Shown piece by piece: positions 30,670-40,298 of a stretch of 64,000 nt of DNA. A program made the translations under genes and the position numbers. The first letter of the stretch is position 1; each line of letters starts with the position of its first letter. The stretch lies in NCBI GenBank assembly GCA_963845565.1, contig CAWJSJ010000002.1, forward strand, positions 224,001 to 288,000, written 5' to 3'. Under the pieces are notes generated by a model, which saw only the letters and a list, made by a program, of their open reading frames with translations, did no database searches and was not told the DNA's origin. This DNA is from an uncultured Methylomirabilota bacterium (lineage in GTDB: Bacteria; Methylomirabilota; Methylomirabilia; Methylomirabilales; 2-02-FULL-66-22).

Positions 30670-31752
30670 ATGAGCACGATCGACACCCCACCGGCGGCCG
30701 GCGGCTCCCCCCTCCGGCTGACGGAGTATGCCGCCTGCGCCGGCTGAGCGTCCAAACTGGGTCCGGCGGACCTACACGACATCTTGCAACACCTCGACAC
30801 GCACCGGCACCCCGACCTTCTGGTGGGGTTGGATCGGAGCGATGACGCCGCCGTGTACCGGCTGAACGACCAGCAGGCGATCATCCAGACCGTGGACTTC
30901 TTCCCGCCCATCGTGGACGACCCATACGTCTACGGGCTGGTGGCCGCCGCCAACTCGATGAGCGACGTCTACGCCATGGGGGGCCGAGTGCTGCTGGCGC
31001 TGAATGTGGCTGGCTTCCCCAAGGAATTCCCCCACGAGGCAATCGCGCGGATCTTCCAGGGCGGCGCCGACAAGGTGGCGGAAGCAGGCGCGGTCATCGC
31101 CGGCGGGCACACGGTGGTGGACCGGGAGCCCAAGTACGGCCTGGCCGTGACCGGCCTGGTCCATCCGGATCGCGTGATGATCAAAGGCGGGCTTCGCCCT
31201 GGCCACAAGCTGTTTCTCAGCAAGCCGCTGGGGACCGGCGTCATCGCGACCGCCGGCAAGGGGGCGTGCGTCACATCGGTCCACATGGACGCAGCCATCC
31301 AGAGCATGACCCGCCTGAACCGGGGCGCCGCGGAGGTCCTGTCGGATTTGGAGATCCGCGGTTGCACCGACATCACCGGCTTCGGTTTCCTCGGCCATGG
31401 GAGCGAGATGATCCGGGCCAGTGCGTGCGGATTCCGCGTCCGCGCCGAGGCGGTCCCGCTCCTTGCGGGGGCGGTGCAATACGCCGAACAGGGCCTGTTC
31501 GCCGGCGGGCTCGGCCGGAACCGGAAGTTCCTGACCAGCCTGGCCGGGCGGGGGGAGCTGGCGTTGCGGATTGCTCCCACGGTACCCGCCGTCCTGGTGG
31601 ACCTGCTTTTCGACTCCGAGACCTCGGGCGGCCTCCTGTTCTCCGCTCCGGCGGAGGTGGCCCCAGACCTCGTCGGGCGCTTCGCTGCGAAGGGCGAGGC
31701 CGTCTGGGAAATCGGCGAGGTCATCCCTGAGGTCGCCATCGAGCTCGTTTAA
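30670..31752 (+). CDS. selD: Selenide, water dikinase (selenoprotein; UGA at 30745 = Sec)
   Basis: RLTEYAACAG-U-ASKLGP in frame with DDAAVY, QTVDFF, SDVYAMGG, TDITGFG, ETSGGLL. Confidence 0.95.
30748..30778 (+). promoter_or_regulatory. Candidate bacterial SECIS hairpin
   Basis: GGTCC-GGC-GGACC (30760-30772) with G-containing apical loop just 3' of the UGA. Confidence 0.7.
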
Positions 31753-31878
31753 CAGGCTGCTCAAAAAGGTCCATCTGCGGCGTTGTCGCCCTCGCGTGAC
31801 GCTGCGACGTATTGATCCAGTACCTCTCGCGTCCCGCATCGGGCGCCGTCTTGCATCTGGACCTTTTTGAGCAGCCTG
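31753..31878 (+). repeat. Palindromic repeat family 1, copy C
   Basis: 21-bp perfect terminal inverted repeat CAGGCTGCTCAAAAAGGTCCA. Confidence 0.9.
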
Positions 31879-31931
31879 AGGGAAGGCGCGTGTGTGCTAA
31901 CGGGCCGATTGAAGCCCGCGAAGGGGAAAAC

Positions 31932-32279
31932 ATGGCGCAGCCGGTTCGAGGGCGTGTCCTGGTGTTGGGAAGCGAGGGAATGGGACGCGGGGATGACGAG
32001 CTCGGAAGAACGATCCTTGCGAATTTCCTGAAGTCCCTGGTGGCGAACCCCCTCCGCCCCGACAAGATCGTGTGCTGGAATGCCGGCGTCAAGCTCCTCG
32101 CCGCCGATTCGCCGACGGTGGGTGTCCTCCAGGACCTGGAGGGGATCGGGGTCGAGATCCTCGTCTGCAAGACCTGCGTCGAGCATTTCGGGCTGCAAGG
32201 GTCCCTCCGGGCGGGAGAAGTCGCGACCATGCCCATCATCAGCGACCTCTTACTGCGAAGCGACGTCCTGACCGTCTAG
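31932..32279 (+). CDS. YedF-like selenium metabolism protein (DsrE domain only)
   Basis: MGRGDDELG..L..F, NAGVKL, GVEILVCKTC; follows selD. Confidence 0.85.
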   Translation: MAQPVRGRVLVLGSEGMGRGDDELGRTILANFLKSLVANPLRPDKIVCWNAGVKLLAADSPTVGVLQDLEGIGVEILVCKTCVEHFGLQGSLRAGEVATMPIISDLLLRSDVLTV

Positions 32280-32646
32280 TCCGGATCATTCACGAAGGAT
32301 TCGTGAAAAATCCGGGCTTACCTGACGAGCAGCTATTCTCGCCTGCGCGGGAAGATACCTGGTGGCGGGCGGACCGGGTACCCATCCGCCAGTATGGGTG
32401 CGGTGTCACCATGCACCGGCGACGTCTGATCCGTTCCGGACCCCCGACCACACGGGTTTCTATTTAACCCTCATTGTTCGCGAGCGGCGTTCGCGAATAA
32501 TGCGGGTTAGGCTCATCACCCACCTTCCGTCCTCACCGCGACGCCAACCGCATTCACGGGCTGGACGCGGTCCATACAGTATGATATCAACCCTTCCACA
32601 ATCGCTTCACGGTATACCATTTCACCGTTGGAGGGAGGAGGACGCT

Positions 32647-34293
32647 ATGAACGGGCGCGATGCGATCGACAGCAGGTTGCGCGGTCTGACGGAGCGGTTC
32701 CGGTCCGGGATTCTGAGCCGACGCGAGTTCGTCGAGGCGGCAGGCGTCTTCCTCGGCGGGACCACCCTCGCGTCCCTGATTGCGGCAGGCGGCCCCCTCC
32801 AGGCAGCCCACGCGGCGGCGGCCTCTGCGGGCCCTCCCAAGAAAGGCGGGACCCTGAAGGTCGGCTTCTGGTCCGAACCTGGCGTCTTGGACCCCGTGTT
32901 CACCACGCGCTACCAGACGCTCGACGTCGTCTGCAACTTCTTCGAGGGGCTGTTCGCCGACAGCGCCAAGTACAGCCCCAAGCCGATGCTCGCGGCGAGC
33001 TACGAGACGAGCCGGGACGGAAAGTTGGTCACCATCGGGCTCCGCAAGGGGGTGACCTTCCACAACGGCAAAGAGATGACCTCGGCCGACGTGCTCGCTT
33101 CGCTGAAACGGTGGCAGGCGATTGGCGCGAACGGCAGCATGGTGGCAAAACGCATCGACGAGATCAGGGCCAAGGATAAGTACACCATCGCCGTCGCCTT
33201 CAACAAGGCCACAGGCCTGTTCCCCACGTACCTTTCGCTGCCCGACTCGACCATCGTGCCAGAAGAGGTTGCCAACGCCGCGGGCAAGCAGGCGATGAAG
33301 GATCTGGTCGGGACGGGCCCCTTTAAATTCGTGGAGCATCTCCCGGACCGGCACATTCGCGCGGTGCGCTTCGACAACTACGCTGCGCGGACCGACGAGT
33401 CGGACGGCATGGCCGGGCGCAAGACGGCCTACTTTGACGAGGTCCGGTGGCTGGTCGCCAATGAGGCCGCCGTGCGGGCTGACGGGCTGACCACTGGCGA
33501 GTACGACTTCGCGGGCATTCTGAGCTGGAGCTCGTATGAGCGCCTCAAGACGGACCCGAACCTCGCGCTGCACCTCACCAAGCCGTACGAGTGGCTGGCC
33601 ATCCACCTGAACAAGAAGCAGGGGATGTTCACCGACCTCAAGATGCGCCGGGCGATCCAGAAGATCGCCAACCTCGAACCGGCTAACCGCGCCGCCTTCC
33701 GGTCACCCGAATTCTACCGCCTCGACCCCGGGATCACCAGCCGCGAGACCGCCCTGTACTCCGATGTCGGCAAGGAGCTGTTTAACCGGCCAAACCTGGA
33801 CGAAGCTAAAGCTCTGCTGAAGGAGGCTGGGTACCAGGGTGCGCCGGTCGTCTGGATGACGAACAAGGAGTCCCAGGCCAACTACGACCTCGCCCTCACG
33901 TTCAAGGGCCAGCTGGAGGCGGCCGGGATGACCGTGGACCTCCAGGTGATGGACAGCGCGACGCTCAGGGCGCGCCGGGAGAAGCCGGAGCTGTGGAATG
34001 CGTTCATCACCGGCCACCCGGCCCAGCTTCACCCGGTCATGCATGTGTTCCTCAACGCCCGGTGGCCCGGCTGGTGGGAGAACGAGAAGAAAGACACACT
34101 CGTGGACGCCATCCTGTCCGAGGCGGACCCGAAGAAGGCCTACGGACTGGTCGAGGACCTGCAGCGGCTGGTCTACGAGGACGCGGCCCTCGTCAAGACC
34201 GGGGAGTACTTCATCCTCCACGGGGCGCGGAAAGGCCTGAAGGGCTACGCCAGCATGCTGCGACCCTTCTTCTTCAACGTCTGGCTGGAGTAG
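32647..34293 (+). CDS. Peptide/nickel ABC transporter substrate-binding protein (family 5), Tat-like signal
   Basis: SRREF twin-Arg, LRKGVTFHNG, GTGPF. Confidence 0.92.
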   Translation: MNGRDAIDSRLRGLTERFRSGILSRREFVEAAGVFLGGTTLASLIAAGGPLQAAHAAAASAGPPKKGGTLKVGFWSEPGVLDPVFTTRYQTLDVVCNFFEGLFADSAKYSPKPMLAASYETSRDGKLVTIGLRKGVTFHNGKEMTSADVLASLKRWQAIGANGSMVAKRIDEIRAKDKYTIAVAFNKATGLFPTYLSLPDSTIVPEEVANAAGKQAMKDLVGTGPFKFVEHLPDRHIRAVRFDNYAARTDESDGMAGRKTAYFDEVRWLVANEAAVRADGLTTGEYDFAGILSWSSYERLKTDPNLALHLTKPYEWLAIHLNKKQGMFTDLKMRRAIQKIANLEPANRAAFRSPEFYRLDPGITSRETALYSDVGKELFNRPNLDEAKALLKEAGYQGAPVVWMTNKESQANYDLALTFKGQLEAAGMTVDLQVMDSATLRARREKPELWNAFITGHPAQLHPVMHVFLNARWPGWWENEKKDTLVDAILSEADPKKAYGLVEDLQRLVYEDAALVKTGEYFILHGARKGLKGYASMLRPFFFNVWLE

Positions 34294-34387
34294 CGTCGGA
34301 GCCGAAGCGAGCGACGCCGGGCGCCGGGGGGCCAACCCCTCGGCGCCCAAGCGCGACCACCCCGCACGGTCCCGGAGGCGAGAGTCG

Positions 34388-35347
34388 GTGTACGCCTACA
34401 TTGCGCGACGCTTCTTGCAGGCGATCCCGGTCATGGTGCTGGTGGCCACGGCGGTGTTTTTGCTGCTCCGCCTGACGCCCGGGGATCCAACCGACATCCT
34501 GCTGGGACCCGAGGCGACGCCGGAGCGGGCGGCCGAGCTCCGGCGGGACCTTGGGCTCGACAAACCCCTCCCCGTGCAGTGGGCGGTCTGGTTCAGCCAC
34601 GTGCTCCGCGGAGACTTGGGCGAATCGATCTTCTTGCGTCGTCCCGTCACCCAGGCCATCTGGGAGCGGGCGGAGCCGACGCTCATGCTGACGTTCTTGT
34701 CGCTCATCATTGCGGTGATGTTGGGCCTGAGCCTCGGCATCGCGGCCGCGGTGCGGCAGGGATCGTGGGCGGACATCGCGGCCATGTTGGTCTCCCTCGC
34801 CGGGATATCCATGCCCACCTTTTGGATCGGCCTCAACCTGATCCTGGTCTTTGCCGTCATCCTGGGCCTGCTGCCGGTCGCCGGCTACAAGCCGCTGAGC
34901 GAGGGCCTCTGGGAGAACGTGCGCTACCTCGTGCTTCCGGCCGTCACGTTGGGGTTCTACGACGCCGCGCTGCTGGCCCGCATGACCCGGTCGATGATGC
35001 TCGGGGTGCTCAAGGAGCACTACGTCCGGACCGCGCGTTCCATCGGGGTGTCCGAGCGCCGCGTCGTGCTCCGGCACGCCCTGCGCAACGCCCTGATCCC
35101 CCTGCTGACGATCGTGGGTCTGATGTTCGCCGGACTCATGGGCGGTGCGCTGGTCACCGAGACCGTCTTCAACATTCCTGGAGTGGGGCGGCTGCTGATC
35201 CAGGCGGTCTTGCGCCGGGATTACGCGCTGGTGCAAGGGATCGTGCTGCTGATCGCTGGCGCGTATGTGTTCATCAATCTCTGCGTGGACATCCTGTACG
35301 GGGTACTCGACCCGCGGATCAGCCGGTCCACATCCCCGGCGAGGTAA
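34388..35347 (+). CDS. DppB/OppB-like ABC permease
   Basis: PGDP, GDLGES, YVRTARSIG, HALRNA, ETVFNIPGVG. Confidence 0.93.
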   Translation: MYAYIARRFLQAIPVMVLVATAVFLLLRLTPGDPTDILLGPEATPERAAELRRDLGLDKPLPVQWAVWFSHVLRGDLGESIFLRRPVTQAIWERAEPTLMLTFLSLIIAVMLGLSLGIAAAVRQGSWADIAAMLVSLAGISMPTFWIGLNLILVFAVILGLLPVAGYKPLSEGLWENVRYLVLPAVTLGFYDAALLARMTRSMMLGVLKEHYVRTARSIGVSERRVVLRHALRNALIPLLTIVGLMFAGLMGGALVTETVFNIPGVGRLLIQAVLRRDYALVQGIVLLIAGAYVFINLCVDILYGVLDPRISRSTSPAR

Positions 35348-35358
35348 GGCCGAAGCGC

Positions 35359-36285
35359 ATGGAGCAGCCGACCGCCGTGCCCGAGGGACCGACGAAACCG
35401 TTGCAGGCAGCCAACGCCGACGTGCCGCGCCGCCCCTGGTACGCGGGCGCGCTCCAGCGCTGGTCCATTATGATCGGGGGCGCGCTCCTCTTGGCCGTCC
35501 TGGCGGTGACCGCGCTCGCGCCCATCATCACGCCGTTCGACCCGAACCTCGTGCGGCCGGAGATCCAGTTCATCCGCCCGAACTCGGTGCACCTGTTCGG
35601 CACGGACAACTTCGGTCGCGATCTCTTCAGCCGCACGGTTTATGGCGCGCGAAACTCGCTCCTCATCGGGTCGTCCGTCGTGCTGATGAGCTGCCTGCTC
35701 GGCACCATAGGCGGACTCCTCGCCGGGTTCTATCGACGCCTCGACACGGTGCTGATGGGGGCCATGGACAGCCTGATGGCGTTCCCGGGGATCGTCTTGG
35801 CCGTCGCCATCATGGCGGCGATCGGCCCCCGACTACAGAACGTGATCATCGCCTTGGGCATCGTACAGATCCCGCGGGTGACCCGGCTGGTCCGCAGCGT
35901 GGTGTTCACCATCGTGCACACACAGTACATCGAAGCCGGCCGTGCCCTCGGGATGAGCGACATCCGCATCCTTCTCCGACACATCCTGCCGAACTGCGTC
36001 TCCCCCCTGATCGTGCAGGCGACGTTCATCTTCGGCCTCGCGGTGCTGGGTGAGGCCTCCCTCTCGTTCCTCGGCGTGGGCGCCCCGCCGTATATCCCCA
36101 GTTGGGGGAACATCCTCGGCGAGGCCAGGGTGTACGTTCGCGATGCCCCGTACATGATGCTCTTACCCGGGTTGGCGCTCTCGATCACCATCCTCGGGCT
36201 GAATCTCATCGGTGATGGGATCCGCGACTGGCTCGATCCCATGTCCGTGGCGCGGCGCCTGGAGGCGCATCAGCGCGCGCAATAA
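35359..36285 (+). CDS. DppC/OppC-like ABC permease
   Basis: HLFGTDNFGRD, RHILPN, EASLSFLG, GDGIRD. Confidence 0.93.
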   Translation: MEQPTAVPEGPTKPLQAANADVPRRPWYAGALQRWSIMIGGALLLAVLAVTALAPIITPFDPNLVRPEIQFIRPNSVHLFGTDNFGRDLFSRTVYGARNSLLIGSSVVLMSCLLGTIGGLLAGFYRRLDTVLMGAMDSLMAFPGIVLAVAIMAAIGPRLQNVIIALGIVQIPRVTRLVRSVVFTIVHTQYIEAGRALGMSDIRILLRHILPNCVSPLIVQATFIFGLAVLGEASLSFLGVGAPPYIPSWGNILGEARVYVRDAPYMMLLPGLALSITILGLNLIGDGIRDWLDPMSVARRLEAHQRAQ

Positions 36286-36312
36286 TCGATCCGGCTCCCG
36301 AAAGGATAGAGC

Positions 36313-37341
36313 ATGGACTACCGAGAACTGCACCGGAAAGCGCTGGTTATCGACTCCCACAATGACACCATTGTAGCCCACATCCGACGCGGGAATTACA
36401 GCCTAGAAGTGGGACCGGCGGGGGCGGCCGAGCGCAGCTCCGGCGTGATCGCTTTCTTGCGCGGGCCGGAGGAGCCGCGCCCCGGCGCCGACAGTATTCA
36501 GATCAACCTCCCGAAGATGCGGGAGGCGGGCATCGACGCCGGATTCTTCGCAATCGACGTGACGCTGGCCCTCAAGAACCATCTCGGGTACGCGTTGGAT
36601 GGCCTCGGTTATCTACGGAACGACCTGGATCAATGCCGAGCGCCCGCGGTGATCGTGCGTCGCACGAGCGACCTCTTCGACGCCAAGGCGGCCGGCAAAG
36701 TCGGGATCGTCCTCGCGATCGAGCACGCCGATTGCACCGAGGGCAGCCTCCACGTCCTCCGGATGCTCTACGAACTGGGGGTGCGATCGATCGGGTTCAC
36801 GCACAATGTGAGCAGCTGCGCGGCAGACGGGTGCCTCGAACCCCGCGAGGGCGTCGGCCTCACCCACTTCGGGAGGGACCTGGTTCGGGAGATGAACCGG
36901 CTGGGCATGTTGGTAGACCTTGCGCACATCAGCCCCGCCGGCTTCTTTGACGCGCTGGAGGTCACCACGAAGCCCGTGATCTTCTCGCATGGCAACGCCA
37001 AGGCGCTGTGCGGTCATTTCCGCAATCTGGCCGACGACCAGCTGAAGGCCTTGGCGGAGAATCGCGGGGTCATCGGCCTGAGCTACGTCCCATTCTTCGT
37101 GGACGAGCAGGCCCCGACGCTCGAACGCCTGCTCGATCACGTCGACCACGTCGCCTCGTTGGTTGGGATCGACACCGTGGGGCTTGGCTCCGACTTCGAC
37201 GGCGGAGGCACCCTGCTGAAGGATGCGACCGAGGTTCCGCGAATCGTCGAGGGGCTGATCCGGCGCGGATACAGTGAAAGCGACATCCGCAAAGTCCTGG
37301 GCGAGAACACCCTCCGCGTGCTCAGGGAAACCATCGGATAG
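36313..37341 (+). CDS. Membrane dipeptidase (peptidase M19)
   Basis: DSHND, EMNRLGMLVDLAH, FSH, RN, GSDFDG. Confidence 0.92.
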   Translation: MDYRELHRKALVIDSHNDTIVAHIRRGNYSLEVGPAGAAERSSGVIAFLRGPEEPRPGADSIQINLPKMREAGIDAGFFAIDVTLALKNHLGYALDGLGYLRNDLDQCRAPAVIVRRTSDLFDAKAAGKVGIVLAIEHADCTEGSLHVLRMLYELGVRSIGFTHNVSSCAADGCLEPREGVGLTHFGRDLVREMNRLGMLVDLAHISPAGFFDALEVTTKPVIFSHGNAKALCGHFRNLADDQLKALAENRGVIGLSYVPFFVDEQAPTLERLLDHVDHVASLVGIDTVGLGSDFDGGGTLLKDATEVPRIVEGLIRRGYSESDIRKVLGENTLRVLRETIG

Positions 37342-37344
37342 CCT

Positions 37345-37406
37345 CGACCGAAGGCCGGGAGGGTCCGGTAGCAGGCCCAGAAGGCGGGCGAGGCGTGGTG
37401 CGTCAC
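37345..37406 (-). pseudogene. Truncated ParE/RelE-like toxin (N-terminal ~17 codons)
   Basis: GTG-THHASPAFWACYRTLP overlapping antitoxin stop (GTGA); similarity ends at the convergent dipeptidase 3' end. Confidence 0.6.
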
Positions 37407-37603
37407 AGGGGCGTAGAGCGTTCCGCTGCGTGATCCCGGAGCGCCTGCGCGGCCAGCCACTCCAGCTTACCCGCCGTCACGTCCGCCTCAAAGTCCCGGT
37501 CCCAGGCCTCGGCGTCAAAGGCGGCGAACCACTGCCGGAGGGTGGCCAGCTCGTCGGCGGACAGTCCCTTGATCTGGCGTTCGAGATCCTTAACCTTGCT
37601 CAT
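37403..37603 (-). CDS. Small putative antitoxin
   Basis: MSKVKDLERQIKGLS...AWDRDFEADVTAGKLEWLA, the type usually found before HASPxFW toxins; AAGGAG RBS. Confidence 0.7.
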   Translation of the reverse strand: MSKVKDLERQIKGLSADELATLRQWFAAFDAEAWDRDFEADVTAGKLEWLAAQALRDHAAERSTPL

Positions 37604-38048
37604 CCTCTCCTTCATGCCCCACGTCTCATCCGCGCCAAGCCTACCGAATGGGCTCCGGGGTATCAACGCAACGCCCTGGGCAGATCGCTGGGCCTGGACG
37701 CGGGAAACGGCCGGGTCCAAAATTCGAGGAGGAAATGTACGCCCTTTCGGCCCGCGCCATCCGTCCCGACGCCATCGGACAACACAGGAGAGTGGCTCTA
37801 AAGATCCTCGCATGGGACGCCCCGGTGTCGTTTTCGGCCGGCGCGGAAGGTGACGAAAGTGGAAACGCATTTCGGGAGCGACCGTCTGCCTCATATCTCC
37901 AATGAGGGTTCTGTGAGGCTCGCCGCGGGCTGCGCTGGGCCGACGAGTGGCGCATGAGGAGGGCGCACGGAATTCGACTCGGGGATTTACCTCATGGCCG
38001 GCCGATGCTTACTTGCTTGGGGACGTCTTTGGGCGGGGCTAACGGTCG

Positions 38049-38170
38049 CAGGTAGAGGCGGTGGTCTCTAGGCATAGACGACTTCCTGCGCGATGATCGG
38101 CTGCAGGCGCGGTTTGACGCAGTCAGCCAGGACCAGGTCCACGGGGGCGCCCAGGAGGTCCTCCAGCCTG
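38049..38170 (-). pseudogene. MNT-HEPN (DUF86) toxin-antitoxin junction fragment
   Basis: LEDLLGAPVDLVLADCVKPRLQPIIAQEVVYA* overlapping MPRDHRLYL; rest of both genes absent. Confidence 0.7.
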
Positions 38171-38194
38171 ACGCTGCACGTCTCGCCCGCACTC

Positions 38195-38452
38195 GAGGCG
38201 CACCCGCTGCGGGCCATGCTTGCCGCGGGCTTGTGTGTAACAATCAACTCCGATGACCCGGCCTACTTCGGCGGGTATATCAGCGAGAATTTGCTCCGAT
38301 GCCAGCGTAGCTTAGGGTTGTCCATGGAAGACATTGCGACGCTGGCGCGCAACAGTTTTTCTGCGGCCTTTGTTCCAGCCGCCGACGCAGCCCAAGGGAT
38401 TTCCTCGGTAAATGCGTATTGCGACGCATTTCGGAAGATCCCCACGGCATAA
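38195..38452 (+). pseudogene. Adenine/adenosine deaminase C-terminal fragment
   Basis: HPLRAMLAAGLCVTINSDDPAYFGGY...LARNSF; no N-terminal two-thirds; more A/T-rich than neighbours. Confidence 0.8.
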
Positions 38453-38597
38453 TCCCCCGACCAGTCGACAGTTGGCTGCCTGCCAGAGGGGTCCCGAGCC
38501 ACGTATCCATGAGTGGTATTCGACCGGCGACTCGAACCCGTGGTGCACGACCGATATGGAGAACGCTCGCTGGCGGACGATCCCCGCCGACTCTCTC

Positions 38598-39161
38598 TCA
38601 GTTCCCCGGGATCGAGTGGCCGCTCTCCTCGGGGGGCTTGGCCTTGGACCCCACTGCCCAGTCCTTGTCGGGGTCCTCCATCTCCAGCTTGCGAATCCCG
38701 CCCTGGAACCGCTGCTGCAGTTTTTCGTACTCGTGCCACACATCCGTGTCCGGGTGTTTCCAGTCGTGCAGGTAGAACACGGATTTCACCTTGGCCTGCA
38801 AGAGCTCCTTGGTGCAGCCGAAGCAGGGGCGCATGGTCGTGTACAGGATCGCCCCCTGGACCGGGATACCGAACCGGGCCGCCGACAGCAGCGCATTCTG
38901 CTCCGCGTGGACGCAGATGCAGAGATCATAGCCCTTGCCCGCGCCGTACTTCTCCCGGTTGGCGCACCGGTCGCAGCCGCCATCCTCGCAGTTCACCATG
39001 TCCGAGGGAGTCCCGTTGTAGCCCGTGGAAACCACGTGGCCGTCCAGGACGAGGATCGCCCCCACGTGATTCCCCCGGCAGTTGGCCCGGGCCCGCACGG
39101 CCATCGCGATCCCCATGAAATACCGATCCCGGTCCAAGCGCGCCTTGCTCTCGGGAGCCAT
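38598..39161 (-). CDS. dCMP deaminase (ComEB-like) family protein
   Basis: TGYNG, HAEQNA, PCFGC. Confidence 0.9.
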   Translation of the reverse strand: MAPESKARLDRDRYFMGIAMAVRARANCRGNHVGAILVLDGHVVSTGYNGTPSDMVNCEDGGCDRCANREKYGAGKGYDLCICVHAEQNALLSAARFGIPVQGAILYTTMRPCFGCTKELLQAKVKSVFYLHDWKHPDTDVWHEYEKLQQRFQGGIRKLEMEDPDKDWAVGSKAKPPEESGHSIPGN

Positions 39162-39331
39162 GGACACCTCCATGAGGTCAGGTACAGTCCCGCGATGGCC
39201 GGCCGCGGATCCGCAACGAGGCCCACCCCGGCGATCCGCCGATCACCGCATCGGGTTCAATCTCCGCGGGGATCTCCGGCGCGAACACACCTCGCACCGT
39301 ACGAGCAGACCCGCACGCCGACTGGCACCCG

Positions 39332-39799
39332 TCACCCCAGTTGCTCCACCAGGTAGTTCTGGATCCCCATTTGCTTGATCTGATCGAGCTGCGCCTCGAG
39401 CCAGTCGATGTGGGCCTCCTCGTCCTTCAGGATGTGCTCCAGGAGTTCGCGCGTGCCGTTGTCCCCGACCTGGACGGCCAGGTTGATGCTCTCGTTGTAC
39501 GCCTGGATCGCCCCCTGCTCGGACTTGGAGTCGTTCTTGTGCTGGGCTTCCACGTCGGCGCCGATGTTGATCTTGTTCAACTTGCTGACAATGGGCGTCC
39601 CTTCCAAGAACAAAACGCGGGCGATGAGCTTCTCCGCATGCTTCATCTCATCGACGGCCCGCTTCTCCATCGCCTTGTGCAGCTTCTCATACCCCCAGTT
39701 GTCGCACATCTCCGACTGTACCATGTACTGGTTGATGGCGGTGAGCTCGTCGGCCAGCAGGTCATTCAGGCGGGCGATGATCCGGTCGTTGCCTTTCAT
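39332..39799 (-). CDS. bfr: Bacterioferritin
   Basis: MKG, ELTAINQY, DEMKHA, EEAHIDWLE, GIQNYL. Confidence 0.95.
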   Translation of the reverse strand: MKGNDRIIARLNDLLADELTAINQYMVQSEMCDNWGYEKLHKAMEKRAVDEMKHAEKLIARVLFLEGTPIVSKLNKINIGADVEAQHKNDSKSEQGAIQAYNESINLAVQVGDNGTRELLEHILKDEEAHIDWLEAQLDQIKQMGIQNYLVEQLG

Positions 39800-39880
39800 G
39801 CTGCGCTCCTTTCCCACATGCGAAGTTAGTCGTGCAGCCCGCAGGCCGAGCGGGCCACGCGGACCGCGGTTGCCGTTCGG

Positions 39881-40225
39881 TTACGGCTCGCGGACGAAAT
39901 GCGGCATCTCCCCGGGGATTTCCAGGGCCAGCTCGATGAACCCGCGATACTGGCCGTCCTGGTACCAGGGCGCCTGGTAAATCAGCTTCTTCTGCCCGCG
40001 CTTCTCGATGGTATATACGTTCGTCCGCCGCGAGTCCAGCAACTCCCGCGTCTTCGTCCGCGCAGGTTCGGGATGGCAGTCAAGCATGTTGGTGCCGATC
40101 AGCGCCGCGCCGCCTTGGTCCTGGTATCCCCGCACCGACTTGTCGTTCATTTCCAGAATGATGCCGTCGGGATCGCAGATCGTGATCGCACCCCCGAACC
40201 CCTGAACCCACGAATGCTCTGCCAT
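39881..40225 (-). CDS. Stand-alone PAS-domain protein
   Basis: AITICDPDGIIL, LIG..DCHPEP, NVYTIEK.G.KK.IYQ.PW. Confidence 0.75.
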   Translation of the reverse strand: MAEHSWVQGFGGAITICDPDGIILEMNDKSVRGYQDQGGAALIGTNMLDCHPEPARTKTRELLDSRRTNVYTIEKRGQKKLIYQAPWYQDGQYRGFIELALEIPGEMPHFVREP

Positions 40226-40298
40226 CAAATCCTCCAACGCTGCAAGTCTGTTGTCTGTGTATCCACTTTTCGCAGAGGCCGCAAAACGCCCTTTCCCG

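Noticed and set aside
30745..30747. selD as a nonsense pseudogene
   Set aside because: The TGA is exactly at the catalytic Cys/Sec position and is followed by a SECIS-like hairpin.
37735..37905. 56-aa ORF with GAGGAGG RBS
   Set aside because: No recognisable motif and atypical codon usage; cannot be supported without a search.
37958..37990. GAGGGCGCACGGAATTCGAC resembles a tmRNA 5' end
   Set aside because: No tag reading frame or matching tRNA-like 3' end downstream on the same strand.
38598..39161. dCMP deaminase as an anti-phage dCTP deaminase
   Set aside because: Single short domain with no kinase-like N-terminal domain; consistent with the ordinary enzyme despite lying beside the fragment patch.
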